Positions 31,993 to 42,368 of a DNA stretch of 64,000 nucleotides are shown here, one piece after another. Both the position numbers and the translations under genes were made by a program. Position 1 is the first letter of the stretch; each line of letters starts with the position of its first letter. The notes under the pieces are model-generated. The model did not search any database. It was not told the DNA's origin and was given only the letters and a program-made list of their open reading frames with translations. Source of the stretch: an uncultured Gemmatimonadales bacterium (lineage in GTDB: Bacteria; Gemmatimonadota; Gemmatimonadetes; Longimicrobiales; Gaopeijiaceae); NCBI GenBank assembly GCA_963823035.1, contig CAWGKG010000007.1, positions 64,001 to 128,000 of the forward strand. The letters run 5' to 3'.

Positions 31993-33021
31993 GTGTACAC
32001 CCGCTGCCTCATCTGCTCGACCCCTTTCGAGCCCAATGAAGAGCTCGAGCATTTCCCGAACGGGAAGCGCATCGCGTTCGACCCGGGTCGGGGACGGCTG
32101 TGGGCGATCTGCCGGAGCTGCAAGCGCTGGTCGCTCTTGCCGATCGAGGAGCGATGGGAGGCCCTCGAGGAGCTGGAGAAGATCACGCGCGACCGGGCGC
32201 AGCTCCTCTCGCAGACCGACAACATCGCTCTGCTTCGAGCCGGGCCGCTGGAGATCGTGCGCGTCGGGCGCGCCAACCTCTCCGAGGAGGCGTGGTGGCG
32301 CTACGGACGGGAGCTGACTACTCGGCGCGAGAAGTACAAGACGCTGTCGCTCGCCGGGACGGTCGCGGCGGGGGCCGTCGTGGTGGGAGGATGGGCCACG
32401 GGCGGAATGACGCTTCTCGGCATGTGGCTCGTCATGGGCAACGCATCGAACACCCTCACGGACGGCGCACGCTGGCTGCGCTTCGGATCCGCGGCGTGGC
32501 GCGGCTCGCAGGAATGCGTCCGCTGCGGCTACGCCTTCACCTCCCTCTCGTACCGCGACCGCGCGGGATTCGGCCTCTTCCCTGGCGAACGCGAGGGACC
32601 TATCGAGCTGGCCTATCGCTGCCCCAACTGTGGGCACTACCGCGACGGCGGGCTGCGCCTCACGGGCGCCGAGGCCGAGCAGGCGCTCCGCCGCACGCTC
32701 GCGTACCACCACTTCGCCGGCGCGTCCGAGCGGCGGGTGAGCTCCGCGACCCGCCTCATCCAGGAGGCGGGCTCGCCCCAGGACCTCGCCCGCATCGTCG
32801 TGAAGGACGGACGCCGGCTCGGCGACCTGCAGCGGACGGGCGCCGTGGCGCTCGAGATCGCCGCCAACGAAAACGCCGAGCAACACCTTCTCGAGCTCGA
32901 GCTGGCGGAGCTGGAAGCCCACTGGCGCCGTGAGGAGGAGCTCGCGGCGATCGTCGACGGGGAGCTCACGCCGCTCCCACTCCTCGAATCCCTCCGACGC
33001 AAGGTGACGGGACGGGAGTGA
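31993..33021 (+). CDS. Hypothetical protein with four CxxC motifs and a central hydrophobic hairpin
   Basis: Long ORF with GC-rich third codon positions; CLIC, CRSC, CVRC, CPNC; coiled acidic C-terminus; upstream GGAGG. Confidence 0.75.
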   Translation: MYTRCLICSTPFEPNEELEHFPNGKRIAFDPGRGRLWAICRSCKRWSLLPIEERWEALEELEKITRDRAQLLSQTDNIALLRAGPLEIVRVGRANLSEEAWWRYGRELTTRREKYKTLSLAGTVAAGAVVVGGWATGGMTLLGMWLVMGNASNTLTDGARWLRFGSAAWRGSQECVRCGYAFTSLSYRDRAGFGLFPGEREGPIELAYRCPNCGHYRDGGLRLTGAEAEQALRRTLAYHHFAGASERRVSSATRLIQEAGSPQDLARIVVKDGRRLGDLQRTGAVALEIAANENAEQHLLELELAELEAHWRREEELAAIVDGELTPLPLLESLRRKVTGRE

Positions 33022-33033
33022 GGACCGGCTGAC

Positions 33034-33959
33034 GTGCGCGCGCCGCACACCTTCCGTCGCCGCAGGGGCGCACGAGCGACCGCGCGTGCGTGCATCGCCG
33101 TCGCCGCGCTCGGCCTCGCGGCGTGCTCGGAAGCACCCCGCGGGGCCGGCCCTCCCCTCGTGGTCGTCACGATCCACCCGGTGGCGGACCTCGTGGCCCG
33201 CGTCGGGGGAGCCGCCATCCGCGTCGAGACGCTCCTGCCGCCGCGCGCTTCGGTGCACACCTGGGCGGCGACGCCCCGCCAGATCCGATCGCTGAGCCGG
33301 GCGGCGGGGTTCGTGACGGTCGGGGGCGGCCTGGACGGCTGGCTCGACGACGTGGGGGGGGCTTCCCCGACCTGCCCCGCCTCCGCATCACGGATGGGAT
33401 CGCCCTGCTGGGGGCGGAACACGGGCACGACGGCGAAACGGGCGACCCGCATGTCTGGCTCGATCCCCTCCTGGTGCGCGACGCGATCCTTCCGCGCCTG
33501 ACGGCGTTCCTGGTCGGGATCGCGCCGGACGACGAGGAGGGCCTTCGTGCGCGCGGCCGCGCCCTGGCCGACTCCCTCACGGTGCTCGACCAGGAGATCC
33601 GACGGACGCTCGCCGGCGCTCCTCGGCGCAGCTTCGTCGCCACGCACGACGCGTGGTCGTACTTTGCGCGGCGCTATGGCCTTCGTTCCCTCGGCAGCCT
33701 CTACGAGAGCCCCGGCCACGAGCCCTCCGCGAGGTCGTTGGCCTCCCTCGTCGACGCGGCCCGCGCGGCGAGGGTGGACGCGGTGCTCACCGAGCCCCAG
33801 ATGGCGGAGACCGCGGCCCGCGCCCTCGCCGGCGAGTTGGCGGTGGACGTCGTGGTCGTGGATCCGCTGGGCGGCCCGGGCATCGAGGGCCGCGAGGGTT
33901 ATCTCGACCTGATGCGCTACGACGCCCGAGCGTTCGCCCGGGCACTGGGGGCCTCTTGA
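33034..33959 (+). CDS. znuA: Zn/Mn ABC transporter substrate-binding lipoprotein; frameshift at G-run near 33360
   Basis: Lipobox LAAC, SVHT, GDPHVWLDP, THDAWSYFARRYGL, DPLG. Confidence 0.88.
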
Positions 33960-34735
33960 GCCGAACTCCGTCGTCTCCTCCCGCCGTGGCCCTCGACCAC
34001 GTGCACGCCTCCTACGACGGCCGTCCGGCGCTCGAGGACGTGAGCTTCGCCGTGCCGGAGGGGACCTTCTGCGCGCTGATCGGGCCCAACGGCGCGGGCA
34101 AGAGCACCTGCCTGCGCCTGGTTCTGGGCCTGGTGCGTCCGGACGCGGGGCGCGTCGAGGTGTTCGGCGGTCGGCCTGGGCGGGAGGTCCGCCCGGTCGG
34201 CTACGTCCCCCAGAAGGTGGTCATCCCGCGTGGCCTGCCGATCTCGGTGCTCGACGTGACCCTGATGGGACGCACCGGCATCCTGGGCCCGGGCAGGCGC
34301 CCCGGCGCGCGCGATCGAGAGCTGGCCTCGCACGCCCTCGACCAGGTCGGCCTCGCCGACTACGCGGGACGGCGCTTCCAGGACCTGTCCGGTGGGCAGC
34401 AGCAGCGCGTGCTGATCGCGCGCGCCCTCTGCGGGGAGCCACGCCTCCTCCTCCTCGACGAGCCGACCGCCGGCCTCGACTCGGCGGCGCACGCCCGCTT
34501 CTACGCGCTGGTGTGCGACCTGCAGCACGCCCAGGGCCTCACCCTCCTCTGCGCCACGCACGACCTGGACGTCGTGGGCGAACATGCCGACGCGCTCATC
34601 CTCCTGGACCGCACCGTACGCGCCCAGGGGCCGCCGGCGGACGTGTTGACCAGCGGAGCCCTGGGGAGGGCCTATCCCTTCCCCGCCCCGCACGTGCACC
34701 AGGGCGCCGTGGAGCGTATGGGAGACGGCGCGTGA
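33956..34735 (+). CDS. znuC: Zn/Mn ABC transporter ATP-binding protein
   Basis: GPNGAGKST, GYVPQ, LSGGQQQRVLIARAL, LDEPTAG, THDL; TTGA overlap. Confidence 0.9.
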   Translation: MSRTPSSPPAVALDHVHASYDGRPALEDVSFAVPEGTFCALIGPNGAGKSTCLRLVLGLVRPDAGRVEVFGGRPGREVRPVGYVPQKVVIPRGLPISVLDVTLMGRTGILGPGRRPGARDRELASHALDQVGLADYAGRRFQDLSGGQQQRVLIARALCGEPRLLLLDEPTAGLDSAAHARFYALVCDLQHAQGLTLLCATHDLDVVGEHADALILLDRTVRAQGPPADVLTSGALGRAYPFPAPHVHQGAVERMGDGA

Positions 34736-35532
34736 GCGACTTCCTCGCGTACGGCTTCGTGCAGCGCGCGCTGGTCACGGGGCTGATCCTCGCCGTGACC
34801 TGCGCGGTCCTCTCCTTCTTCGTCGTGCTGCGCCGCATGGCGTTCGTGGGCGTGGGGCTCTCCCACGCCGCGCTGGGCGGGGTGGCCCTCGGCGTGGTGC
34901 TCGGCGTGCCGCCGCTCCTCGCCGCCGCGGTGTTCACGACCGGCGTGGCGTGGATCATCGGGTGGCTGCGTGGCCGTAGCGAGGTGTCGGAGGACACGGC
35001 GATCGGCGTCTTCTTCCCCACGGCCATGGCGCTGGGCGTCGTGCTCATCAGCGTGTCGCCCGCGTACCGCCAGGACCTCATGGCCTACCTCTTCGGAGAC
35101 ATCCTCTCGGTGCGCCCGGGCGAGGTCCTGCCGCTGGGCGCCCTGGCCCTGGTGGGGCTCGGCCTGGTCGCCTACTGGTTCAAGGAGCTGCTCTACCTGG
35201 GCGTCGACGAGGAAGCGGCGCGGGCGGCGGGCGTGCCCGCCGTGTTCCTGCGCTTCCTCCTCCTCACGCTCCTGGCCGTGACGATCGTCGCGTCGGTCCG
35301 GCTCGTCGGCATCGTGCTCGTCTCGGCCTTCCTGGTCATTCCGGCCGCCACGGGCCAGGCGGTCGCGCGCTCGCTTCGCGGGATGCTCGTCGTGGCGGTC
35401 GTGTCGGCGATGCTCTCGGTGGTTCTCGGCCTCGCGCTGTCGTGGAGCCAGGACCTCCCGTCCGGCGCCGCCATCGTGCTCGTGTCGGCCGCGCTCTTCT
35501 TCGTCGCCCTCGCAGTGGGCCGGCGCCGCTAG
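34732..35532 (+). CDS. znuB: Zn/Mn ABC transporter permease
   Basis: FVQRAL, VVLRRMAFVGVGLSHAALGG, EDTAIG, YLFGDIL, LVIPAA, PSGAAIV. Confidence 0.9.
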   Translation: MSDFLAYGFVQRALVTGLILAVTCAVLSFFVVLRRMAFVGVGLSHAALGGVALGVVLGVPPLLAAAVFTTGVAWIIGWLRGRSEVSEDTAIGVFFPTAMALGVVLISVSPAYRQDLMAYLFGDILSVRPGEVLPLGALALVGLGLVAYWFKELLYLGVDEEAARAAGVPAVFLRFLLLTLLAVTIVASVRLVGIVLVSAFLVIPAATGQAVARSLRGMLVVAVVSAMLSVVLGLALSWSQDLPSGAAIVLVSAALFFVALAVGRRR

Positions 35533-35571
35533 ACGGCTGTTGAAGACACCCCACCCGGCGAGGCCCCTCCC

Positions 35572-38247
35572 TCACTCGGAACTCAGCGCCCGCACGGGAT
35601 CCATCCGCGCCGCGCGCCTGGCGGGCACCCACACGGCCAGGGTGGACACGGCGACCAGGAGGACTGGAACGACCAGGAAGGTCACGGGATCCAGCGGATG
35701 CACCTCGAAGAGGAGGGACGTCAGCAGTCGGCTTCCGGCCGCCCCCGCCGCCGCGCCCGCCAGGAGTCCCAGCGCCACGGGCGCCAGCCCCTGACGGAGC
35801 ACGAGCACCGTGATCCCGCCCCGGTCCGCCCCCAGCGCGAGGCGCACGCCGACCTCGCGCGTCCGCCGGCTCACCGCGAAGGCGGTGACCCCGTACGTGC
35901 CCACCGCACCGAGCCCGAGCGCGAGGGCGGCGAAGATGCCGAGGAGGAGGAGGACGAGGCGTCGCTCTCCCGTGTACGCCCCCGTGAGGGCGGTCGCGCT
36001 GGCGAGGCCGTAGACCGGCGCGTCGGCGTCGACATCCCCCACGACCTTGCGCACGAGCGGCGGAAGGGCCGGCGTCGCCCCGTCCGTGCGCAACACCGCG
36101 AGGAGGCGGGAGCCGGGGAACCCCGGCCCTCCCTGGGCAAGCGGGCGGAAGAGCACCGGATCGGGGCCGCGGGTCGGCCCGCGGTTACGCGTGTCGGCGA
36201 CGACGCCCACCACCCTCACCCACCGCCAGTCGTCCCCGACGCGCCCGTCGAGGCCCGTGTTGATGCGCCGGCCCAGAGGGTCCTCCCCGCCGAAGGCCGC
36301 GCGGGCCAGCGACGCGCTGACGATCGCCACGGGCTCGGCGCCCGAGCCGTCCTCCGGACCGAACATCCGCCCGGCCAGCAGCCGGATGCCCGCGACGTCG
36401 AAGTAGCCGGGGGAGACCACCTGCCAGCGCACGTCCACGCGGGTACGGTTCGCGGTTTCCGGGACCCCCTCGATGCGGAGCCCCGCACCCGCACCCGCCC
36501 CGAGCGGGCTCGCCTGCGTCCACGCCACGCCGCGCACGCCGGGGAGCGCCGCGAGGCGATCTCCGACCGAGCCGTAGAAGCCCACCCGCTCGTCCATGGA
36601 CAGGTCCCCGGCGCCGGGAAGGCCGACCCACGCGACGGTCAGCGCCTCCGCGTCGAAGCCGAGGTCGACGGAAGCGATCTTGGCGACGCTTCGCAGGAGC
36701 AGGCCGGCGCCGAGGACGAGCACGACGGCCATCGCGACCTCGATGGCCACGAGGGCGTCGCCGAGGCGGCGCCCCTTCCCCGACGTGGTGGCCCCCCGTG
36801 CCACCCGGGCTGCCCCACCCGCGCGAGCCGCCGCGCGTGCGGGGAACCCGCCGAACAGCAGCACGGTGACGAGCGCGGCGAGGGCGGCGAACACCAGCAC
36901 GGCACCGTCCACACCGATCTCGCTGCCGCGCGGAAGCGCCGCGGCCAGCGTGGGGCGGAGGAGCCGCAGGCCGCCCGCGCCCGCCGCCGCGCCCACGACG
37001 GCACCGGCGGCTGCCAGGACGAACGACTCGGCGAGCACGTGCCCGACGATCCTCATGCGGCCGGCCCCCAGGGCGATGCGCACGCCGACCTCGGCATGCC
37101 GCGCGACCCCACGCGCCAGGAGGAGGTTGGCCACGTTGGTGCACGCGACCAGCAGGACGAGGCCGGTGGCACCGAGAAGCAGCCAGAGGGTGCGTCCGGT
37201 GTCTCCGAGCGTCTCCTCCTTCAGGGGCACGAGCCGGATGCGCAGCCCCTCGTTCGGCAACGGGTAGTCCGCCGCGAGCCGCGCGGCGAGCGCGTCCATC
37301 TCCGCGGAGGCACCGGCGAGGTCCACCCCGGGCGCCAGGCGGCCCACCACCTCGTGGTACCAAGCGTCACGCAGGGGCTCCGCAGGGGACGTGGAGAGGA
37401 ACCGGCTTCCCGGCACGTCGCGCGGAGCGGCTACCCAGAAGTCGGCATCGGCGGGGAAGCGGAAGGTAGGAGGCATCACGCCGAGGATCTCGTACGCCAC
37501 GCCGTCGACCCGGAGGGAACGACCCACCACCGTCGGGTCGGCTCCGTAACGCCGACGCCAGAGGCCGTCGGAGAGCACGGCGCGGTCGACGCCCGCGTCC
37601 ACGGGATCCGGACCGAAGGCGGAGCCGAGCGCGGGGTCCACCCCCAGCGTGCGGAAGAAGTTGGCCGAAACCGATGCGTAGCCAACCGATTCGGGCTCCC
37701 CCTCACCCGTCAGATTGCCCGACGTCTCGTGATACGCGGTGAGCGCCTCGAAGCTCTCGGCGTCGCGTCGCAGGTCGAGGTAGTCCGCCGGGGACGGATC
37801 GCGCGTCGGTCGCCGGGGGTCGGACTCCCAGACCTGCACCAGCCGGTCCGGCTCCGCGAAGGGCAGCGGGCGCAGCACAACGGCGTTCATCACGGAGAAG
37901 AGCGCCGCGTTGGCGCCGACGCCGAGACCCAGGGTGAGCACCGCGACGGACGTGAACCCCGGGCGCTTACGGAGCGCGCGCGCCCCGAATCGCAGCTCCT
38001 GCACCGCCGCCCGGAGCGCGGTCCCGAGTGTGGTGCGCACGCGCCGCCGCCGCTGGATGCGCACGCAGGCCCGACGTACGCCCTCCACGTCGCCGAAGGC
38101 CTCCTCCGCCGCGCGGCGCGCGGCCGCCGGGTCCATGCCGCCCTCCTCGAGCTCACGCGCCCGCCGGCGGAGGTAATCCTCCACCTCGTCGTCCACGTCG
38201 CGGCGGGGGTCGTCGCGGCCGGGCAGCCCCTCGCCCCGCGGGCTCAC
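35572..38247 (-). CDS. ADOP-family duplicated MacB/FtsX-type ABC permease
   Basis: Permease prefix (AARRAAEEAFG), LGLGVGANAALFSV, VLLVACTNVANLLLAR, RTREVGVRLALGA, PARRAARMDP. Confidence 0.9.
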   Translation of the reverse strand: MSPRGEGLPGRDDPRRDVDDEVEDYLRRRARELEEGGMDPAAARRAAEEAFGDVEGVRRACVRIQRRRRVRTTLGTALRAAVQELRFGARALRKRPGFTSVAVLTLGLGVGANAALFSVMNAVVLRPLPFAEPDRLVQVWESDPRRPTRDPSPADYLDLRRDAESFEALTAYHETSGNLTGEGEPESVGYASVSANFFRTLGVDPALGSAFGPDPVDAGVDRAVLSDGLWRRRYGADPTVVGRSLRVDGVAYEILGVMPPTFRFPADADFWVAAPRDVPGSRFLSTSPAEPLRDAWYHEVVGRLAPGVDLAGASAEMDALAARLAADYPLPNEGLRIRLVPLKEETLGDTGRTLWLLLGATGLVLLVACTNVANLLLARGVARHAEVGVRIALGAGRMRIVGHVLAESFVLAAAGAVVGAAAGAGGLRLLRPTLAAALPRGSEIGVDGAVLVFAALAALVTVLLFGGFPARAAARAGGAARVARGATTSGKGRRLGDALVAIEVAMAVVLVLGAGLLLRSVAKIASVDLGFDAEALTVAWVGLPGAGDLSMDERVGFYGSVGDRLAALPGVRGVAWTQASPLGAGAGAGLRIEGVPETANRTRVDVRWQVVSPGYFDVAGIRLLAGRMFGPEDGSGAEPVAIVSASLARAAFGGEDPLGRRINTGLDGRVGDDWRWVRVVGVVADTRNRGPTRGPDPVLFRPLAQGGPGFPGSRLLAVLRTDGATPALPPLVRKVVGDVDADAPVYGLASATALTGAYTGERRLVLLLLGIFAALALGLGAVGTYGVTAFAVSRRTREVGVRLALGADRGGITVLVLRQGLAPVALGLLAGAAAGAAGSRLLTSLLFEVHPLDPVTFLVVPVLLVAVSTLAVWVPARRAARMDPVRALSSE

Positions 38248-38600
38248 GCGTCACCTCCGAGGTCGTTGCGCGGGGCGCCGGGACCGAGGACGCCGAGCAC
38301 CGCGCCGTTCAGGCGGTGCCAGCCCTCCAGCTCGGCGCGAAGGTGGGTTCGCCCCCTCCGCGTCAACGCGTAGTACCTGGCCCGCCGCCCGGACTCGCTA
38401 CGGGCCCAGGACGCCTCCAACAGCCCGCGCTCCTCGAGCCGGTGCAAGGCAGGGTAGAGCACGCCCTCGGCTACGTCGAGGATCCCGTCGCTCCCCTCCC
38501 GGAGCCCCTTCCCGACCCCGTACGCGTGCTGCGCGCCGTGCTCCAGCGTGCGGAGGATCAGGAGATCGAGCGTCCCCGTGAACAGGTCGCTGCCGCCCAT
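38244..38600 (-). CDS. PadR family transcriptional regulator
   Basis: GTLDLLILRTL..HAYG, EGVLYPALHRLE, GRRARYYALT; coupled to the ADOP permease. Confidence 0.92.
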   Translation of the reverse strand: MGGSDLFTGTLDLLILRTLEHGAQHAYGVGKGLREGSDGILDVAEGVLYPALHRLEERGLLEASWARSESGRRARYYALTRRGRTHLRAELEGWHRLNGAVLGVLGPGAPRNDLGGDA

Positions 38601-38654
38601 GCCACCCCCTCGTTCGAGTCCCCACCCCGGCCGCCCGGGGTTCTGGACGTGCGA

Positions 38655-38677
38655 CAACCCTAGTTCGCATAGGGTTG
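38655..38677. promoter_or_regulatory. Palindromic operator upstream of padR
   Basis: CAACCCTA-N7-TAGGGTTG, about 55 nt upstream of the padR ATG. Confidence 0.65.
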
Positions 38678-38708
38678 CACACGGGGATGCAGGAGAGGCC
38701 CGGCTGGA

Positions 38709-40516
38709 CTAGTAGTCCACCGGGCGGAGGTAGAACTCGCCGATCGCGCTCGACGACAGCACGGCCACCGTGGGGAGCTCGCGCTTCCAGTGCGTGGCCT
38801 GCAGGCGACGCCACACCAGCTCGACGCGTTCTCTTGGGAATCCCGCGCGTACCAGCGACTCCACGTCGTACCCGTGCAGGAGCCCGTTCAGGATCGGGTC
38901 CGCGTCGTGGTAGGAGATGCCGAGCTCGTCCTCGTCGCTCACGCCCTTCACCAGGTCGGCGGTGGCAGGCTTCTCCACGATCACGTCGGGCACGCCGAGG
39001 TGCCTCGCCAGCGCCCACACCTGCGTCTTGAAGAGGTCGCCAAGGGGGTTGATGGGCGGCGAGTCGTCGGCGTGCCACGTGAAGTACCCGAGGAGCCGCT
39101 CGCTCTTGTTGCCGGTCCCCAGGGGCAGCGCACCCAGGCGCGCCGACTGGTCGAAGAGGATCACGGCCCGCAGGCGCGCCATCAGGTTGCCCCGCCGCAG
39201 GGGCGAGATGTCCGGCTCGTGCTCCTCGACGTAGCGGTCGATGGGCGCGGTGATGTCGACCGTGCGCCCCTGGGCGCCCGTCGCGTCGAGGACGATCTGG
39301 GCGTGCTCGAGGCTCTCTTCGCTGGACGTACGGTAGGGGAGCCGGAAGCCGTGGACGTTGTCGGGCCCGAGCGCCCGGCAGGCGAGGTAGAGCGAGACGG
39401 CCGAGTCCACGCCGCCCGAGACGCCGACCACCACCTTGTGGAAGCCGCGGCGACCGGTGACCTCCTCACGGATGAAGGCGACCAGCGAGCGCTCGACGAG
39501 CTCCAGGTCGAGGTCGAGCGTGCCCGGATCCTGCAGGCCGGCGTCGGCGACCGCGTCGACACGCCCCATCAGGGTGGGGGGTGTCTCGACCGGGGGGTTC
39601 GCGTTCCGCGGGCTCCTCCCCACCCTCGCGCTCCGGACGGTCCTGCGTCGCCTCGAGCGCACGCCTGAGGTGGGGCAGCATCTGCTCGAGGTCCGCGAGC
39701 AGCGGCGCCTCGACGCGAGCACGGTCGATAGCGGTCGGGTCCAGCACGACGTGCGTCACGCCCTCCTCCATGAGCGGCCCGCGCGCCAGGACCTGTCCTC
39801 CGGGTCCGACGGCCAGCGAGCCGCCCGGGAAGAGCTTTCCGCCTTCGGAGCCGACGAGCTGGGCCGCGACCACGAAGATCCCGTGCTCCACCGCCGCACC
39901 GCACGCCAACCGATCCCAGCGTTCCAGGTTGCCGGGACGCCCGCCGCCGCCCGCGGCGAAGTCACGGGCGGGCGACGCGCTCACCACGATCACGAGCTCG
40001 GCGCCGCCCAGCGCGAGCACGGTCGCTGGGAGCGAGTGCCACATGTCCTCGCAGATCAACAGCCCCATCCTGCCGAACCGGGTGTCGAACGGGCGGACCT
40101 CGGTGCCCGGCTCCACGAAGCGGGCCTCGTCGAAGACGCCGTACGTCGGGAGGAACATCTTCCGGTGGACGTGCCGCGGCTGCCAGGCTCCGCCCTCCGG
40201 CGTGAGATAGGCGGCGGAGTTGTACAGCCGCCGACGCCAGCGCTCGTAGAAGCCGAGGGCGACGTCGGGGGCGCTCCGGAGGTGGCGGCCCGAGCAGCTC
40301 GGCCAGTCGCTCCGAGGACAGAGCGGCCTCGGCCACGCCGCCTTCGAGGAAGTACCCGGAGAGCGACGCCTCGGGGAAGACCACGAGATCGGCGTGCGTC
40401 GCCTGCTCCGCGACGAGCGCGCGCACGGCCTCGATGTTGCCGGGCACATCCGTCTTGCGCGGCTTGAACTGCGCGAGTGCGACGCGAAGGGGCGAGCGAG
40501 CCTCTCCTTGATTCAT
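38709..40516 (-). CDS. nadE: Glutamine-dependent NAD+ synthetase (nitrilase-type glutaminase plus synthetase); frameshift near 40280 and a probable frame break near 39590
   Basis: Glutaminase triad FPEASLSGY, RKMFLPTYGVFDEAR, LICED; synthetase GVSGGVDS, GNLMARLR, GTGNKSE..LGY, NPLGDLFKT, KPATADL, HWKR. Confidence 0.85.
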
Positions 40517-40683
40517 CGCGTGGGCACCGATTAGGGTGGAAAATGGCCCGGTAACGCCTCGGGCTCCGGAAAGGTACGTATTCCACACTCGGCCGTGCAG
40601 GCCGCGCCTCCTGACGGAACGCACGTCCATGCGGAGGTGTTAAGAGGCAAGATCTCCACTCCCGCCGACGCCGAGGGCGCCGC

Positions 40684-42309
40684 ATGAGACGCAGCACCGT
40701 AGTGACGATCCTGGCGCTGGCCTGCACCGCGCCCCTTCAGGCGCAGGACCGCGTGGCCCGGCGTCCCGCCGACACGAACCTGCTCCCCGAGGCCGACGTG
40801 TTCATGAGCACGATGGACGCGCTCTCGCGGATGAGCCTCAAGGCCCACACGGACTCGGCGCTCTGGGAGGCGGGGATCCAGGGGATGATCGAGTCCCTCC
40901 AGGATCCGTACGCGGAGGTCTTCACGCCGGACGAGTCGCAGGCGTGGGAGGAGGAGACCACCGGCAACTACTCCGGCATCGGGCTTCAGATCACGCTCCT
41001 GAACGAAGAGGTGACGGTCACCGCCGTCTTTCGCGGCACGCCCGCCAACGACGTGGGGTTGCAGGTCGGCGACGTGATCGTCGGCGTGAACGAGCACGAC
41101 GCCTCGCACTGGGACACCGACATGGCCGCCGACTCGATCCGCGGCCCGGTCGGCACCTCCGTGACCGTGCTCATCAAGCGCGACGGCATCGACACCCCGA
41201 TCCCGTTCGACATCACGCGCGCGCAGGTGCACGTCCCGGCGGTGGCCTACGGCGTGATGGAGGGCGACATCGGCTACGTGGTCCTCGACCGCGTCGCGCG
41301 CAACGCGGCCCAGGAAATGGACCAGGCCCTGCGCCAGCTCGGCACCCACCGCGGGCTGATCATCGACCTGCGCCGGAACCCGGGCGGCTTCCTCGACGAG
41401 TCGCTCATGCTGGCCGACATCTTCCTGAAGCCGGGCTCCACGCTCGCGACCACCTCGCAGCGCGTCCCAGGCGGAGCGTCCCGGGAGACCACGACCGAGA
41501 CCTTCCAGGACCAGTTTCCGGCGCGCGTTCCCGACCTCCCGGTCGTGATCCTCGTGGACCGCTACACGGCGTCCGGCGCCGAGATCTTCGCGGGCGCCCT
41601 CCAGGACTACGACCGCGCGCTCATCCTCGGCGAGCGCAGCTTCGGCAAGGGGCTGGTGCAGACGGTCATGACGCTGCCCCACGGACGGCGCCTGCGCTTC
41701 ACGACGGGCGAATGGCGCACCCCGCTCGGCCGGTCGCTGCACCGCCCGCGCGACATGGAGATGCGCCCGCTCCCGGAGGACCTGGACACCTTCCCGAAGG
41801 TGGCGACCCCGGCGGGACGCGAGCTGTTGAACGGTGGGGGGATCTTCCCGGACGTGGCGATCCCCGACGACACCCTGACGATCGCCGAGCGCGACCTCCT
41901 GCGGGTCGCGAGCGAGAAGGACGTGCCGCTCGGCGTGCACCTCGCCGAGTTCTCCTTCGGCATCGCCAAGGAGCTGAAGGACGCGGGCGAGCCGCCGCGG
42001 CTCGACCAGGACCGCTTCGACGGCTTCGTGGCGTCGCTCGTCTCGGACGGACTGCCGCGCGAGGCGGTCGACGCTCCCGGCGTGAAGGAGTACCTCGCCT
42101 GGCGGACCAAGATGACGATCGCGGCCCGCATGGACGCGATCGGGCCGGAGGCCGACTTCCGCATGGAGCGTGACCCCGTGCTGCGGGAGGCCGTGGACCT
42201 GCTCTCCAACGCGCGCTCGCAGAGCGAGCTCTTCGCCGCCGGGCACGCCGAGGCCGCGCGCCGCGGCGCCGTGCCGGTGCCGGCAAACGGGGCGACGGGA
42301 AGCCACTGA
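40684..42309 (+). CDS. ctpA: S41A carboxyl-terminal processing protease
   Basis: Signal peptide, LQDPY, YSGIG, PDZ domain, IIDLRRNPGG, TASGAEI, SFGKGLVQ. Confidence 0.92.
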   Translation: MRRSTVVTILALACTAPLQAQDRVARRPADTNLLPEADVFMSTMDALSRMSLKAHTDSALWEAGIQGMIESLQDPYAEVFTPDESQAWEEETTGNYSGIGLQITLLNEEVTVTAVFRGTPANDVGLQVGDVIVGVNEHDASHWDTDMAADSIRGPVGTSVTVLIKRDGIDTPIPFDITRAQVHVPAVAYGVMEGDIGYVVLDRVARNAAQEMDQALRQLGTHRGLIIDLRRNPGGFLDESLMLADIFLKPGSTLATTSQRVPGGASRETTTETFQDQFPARVPDLPVVILVDRYTASGAEIFAGALQDYDRALILGERSFGKGLVQTVMTLPHGRRLRFTTGEWRTPLGRSLHRPRDMEMRPLPEDLDTFPKVATPAGRELLNGGGIFPDVAIPDDTLTIAERDLLRVASEKDVPLGVHLAEFSFGIAKELKDAGEPPRLDQDRFDGFVASLVSDGLPREAVDAPGVKEYLAWRTKMTIAARMDAIGPEADFRMERDPVLREAVDLLSNARSQSELFAAGHAEAARRGAVPVPANGATGSH

Positions 42310-42334
42310 CGGGCCACCCGTCCAACGACGAAGC

Positions 42335-42366
42335 GAGCGGGGCGGCCGTCCACGGCCGCCCCGCTC
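42335..42366. terminator. GC-rich hairpin between convergent ctpA and xerD
   Basis: GAGCGGGGCGGCCG-TCCA-CGGCCGCCCCGCTC, a perfect 14-bp stem; no long U tract. Confidence 0.65.
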
Positions 42367-42368
42367 TC

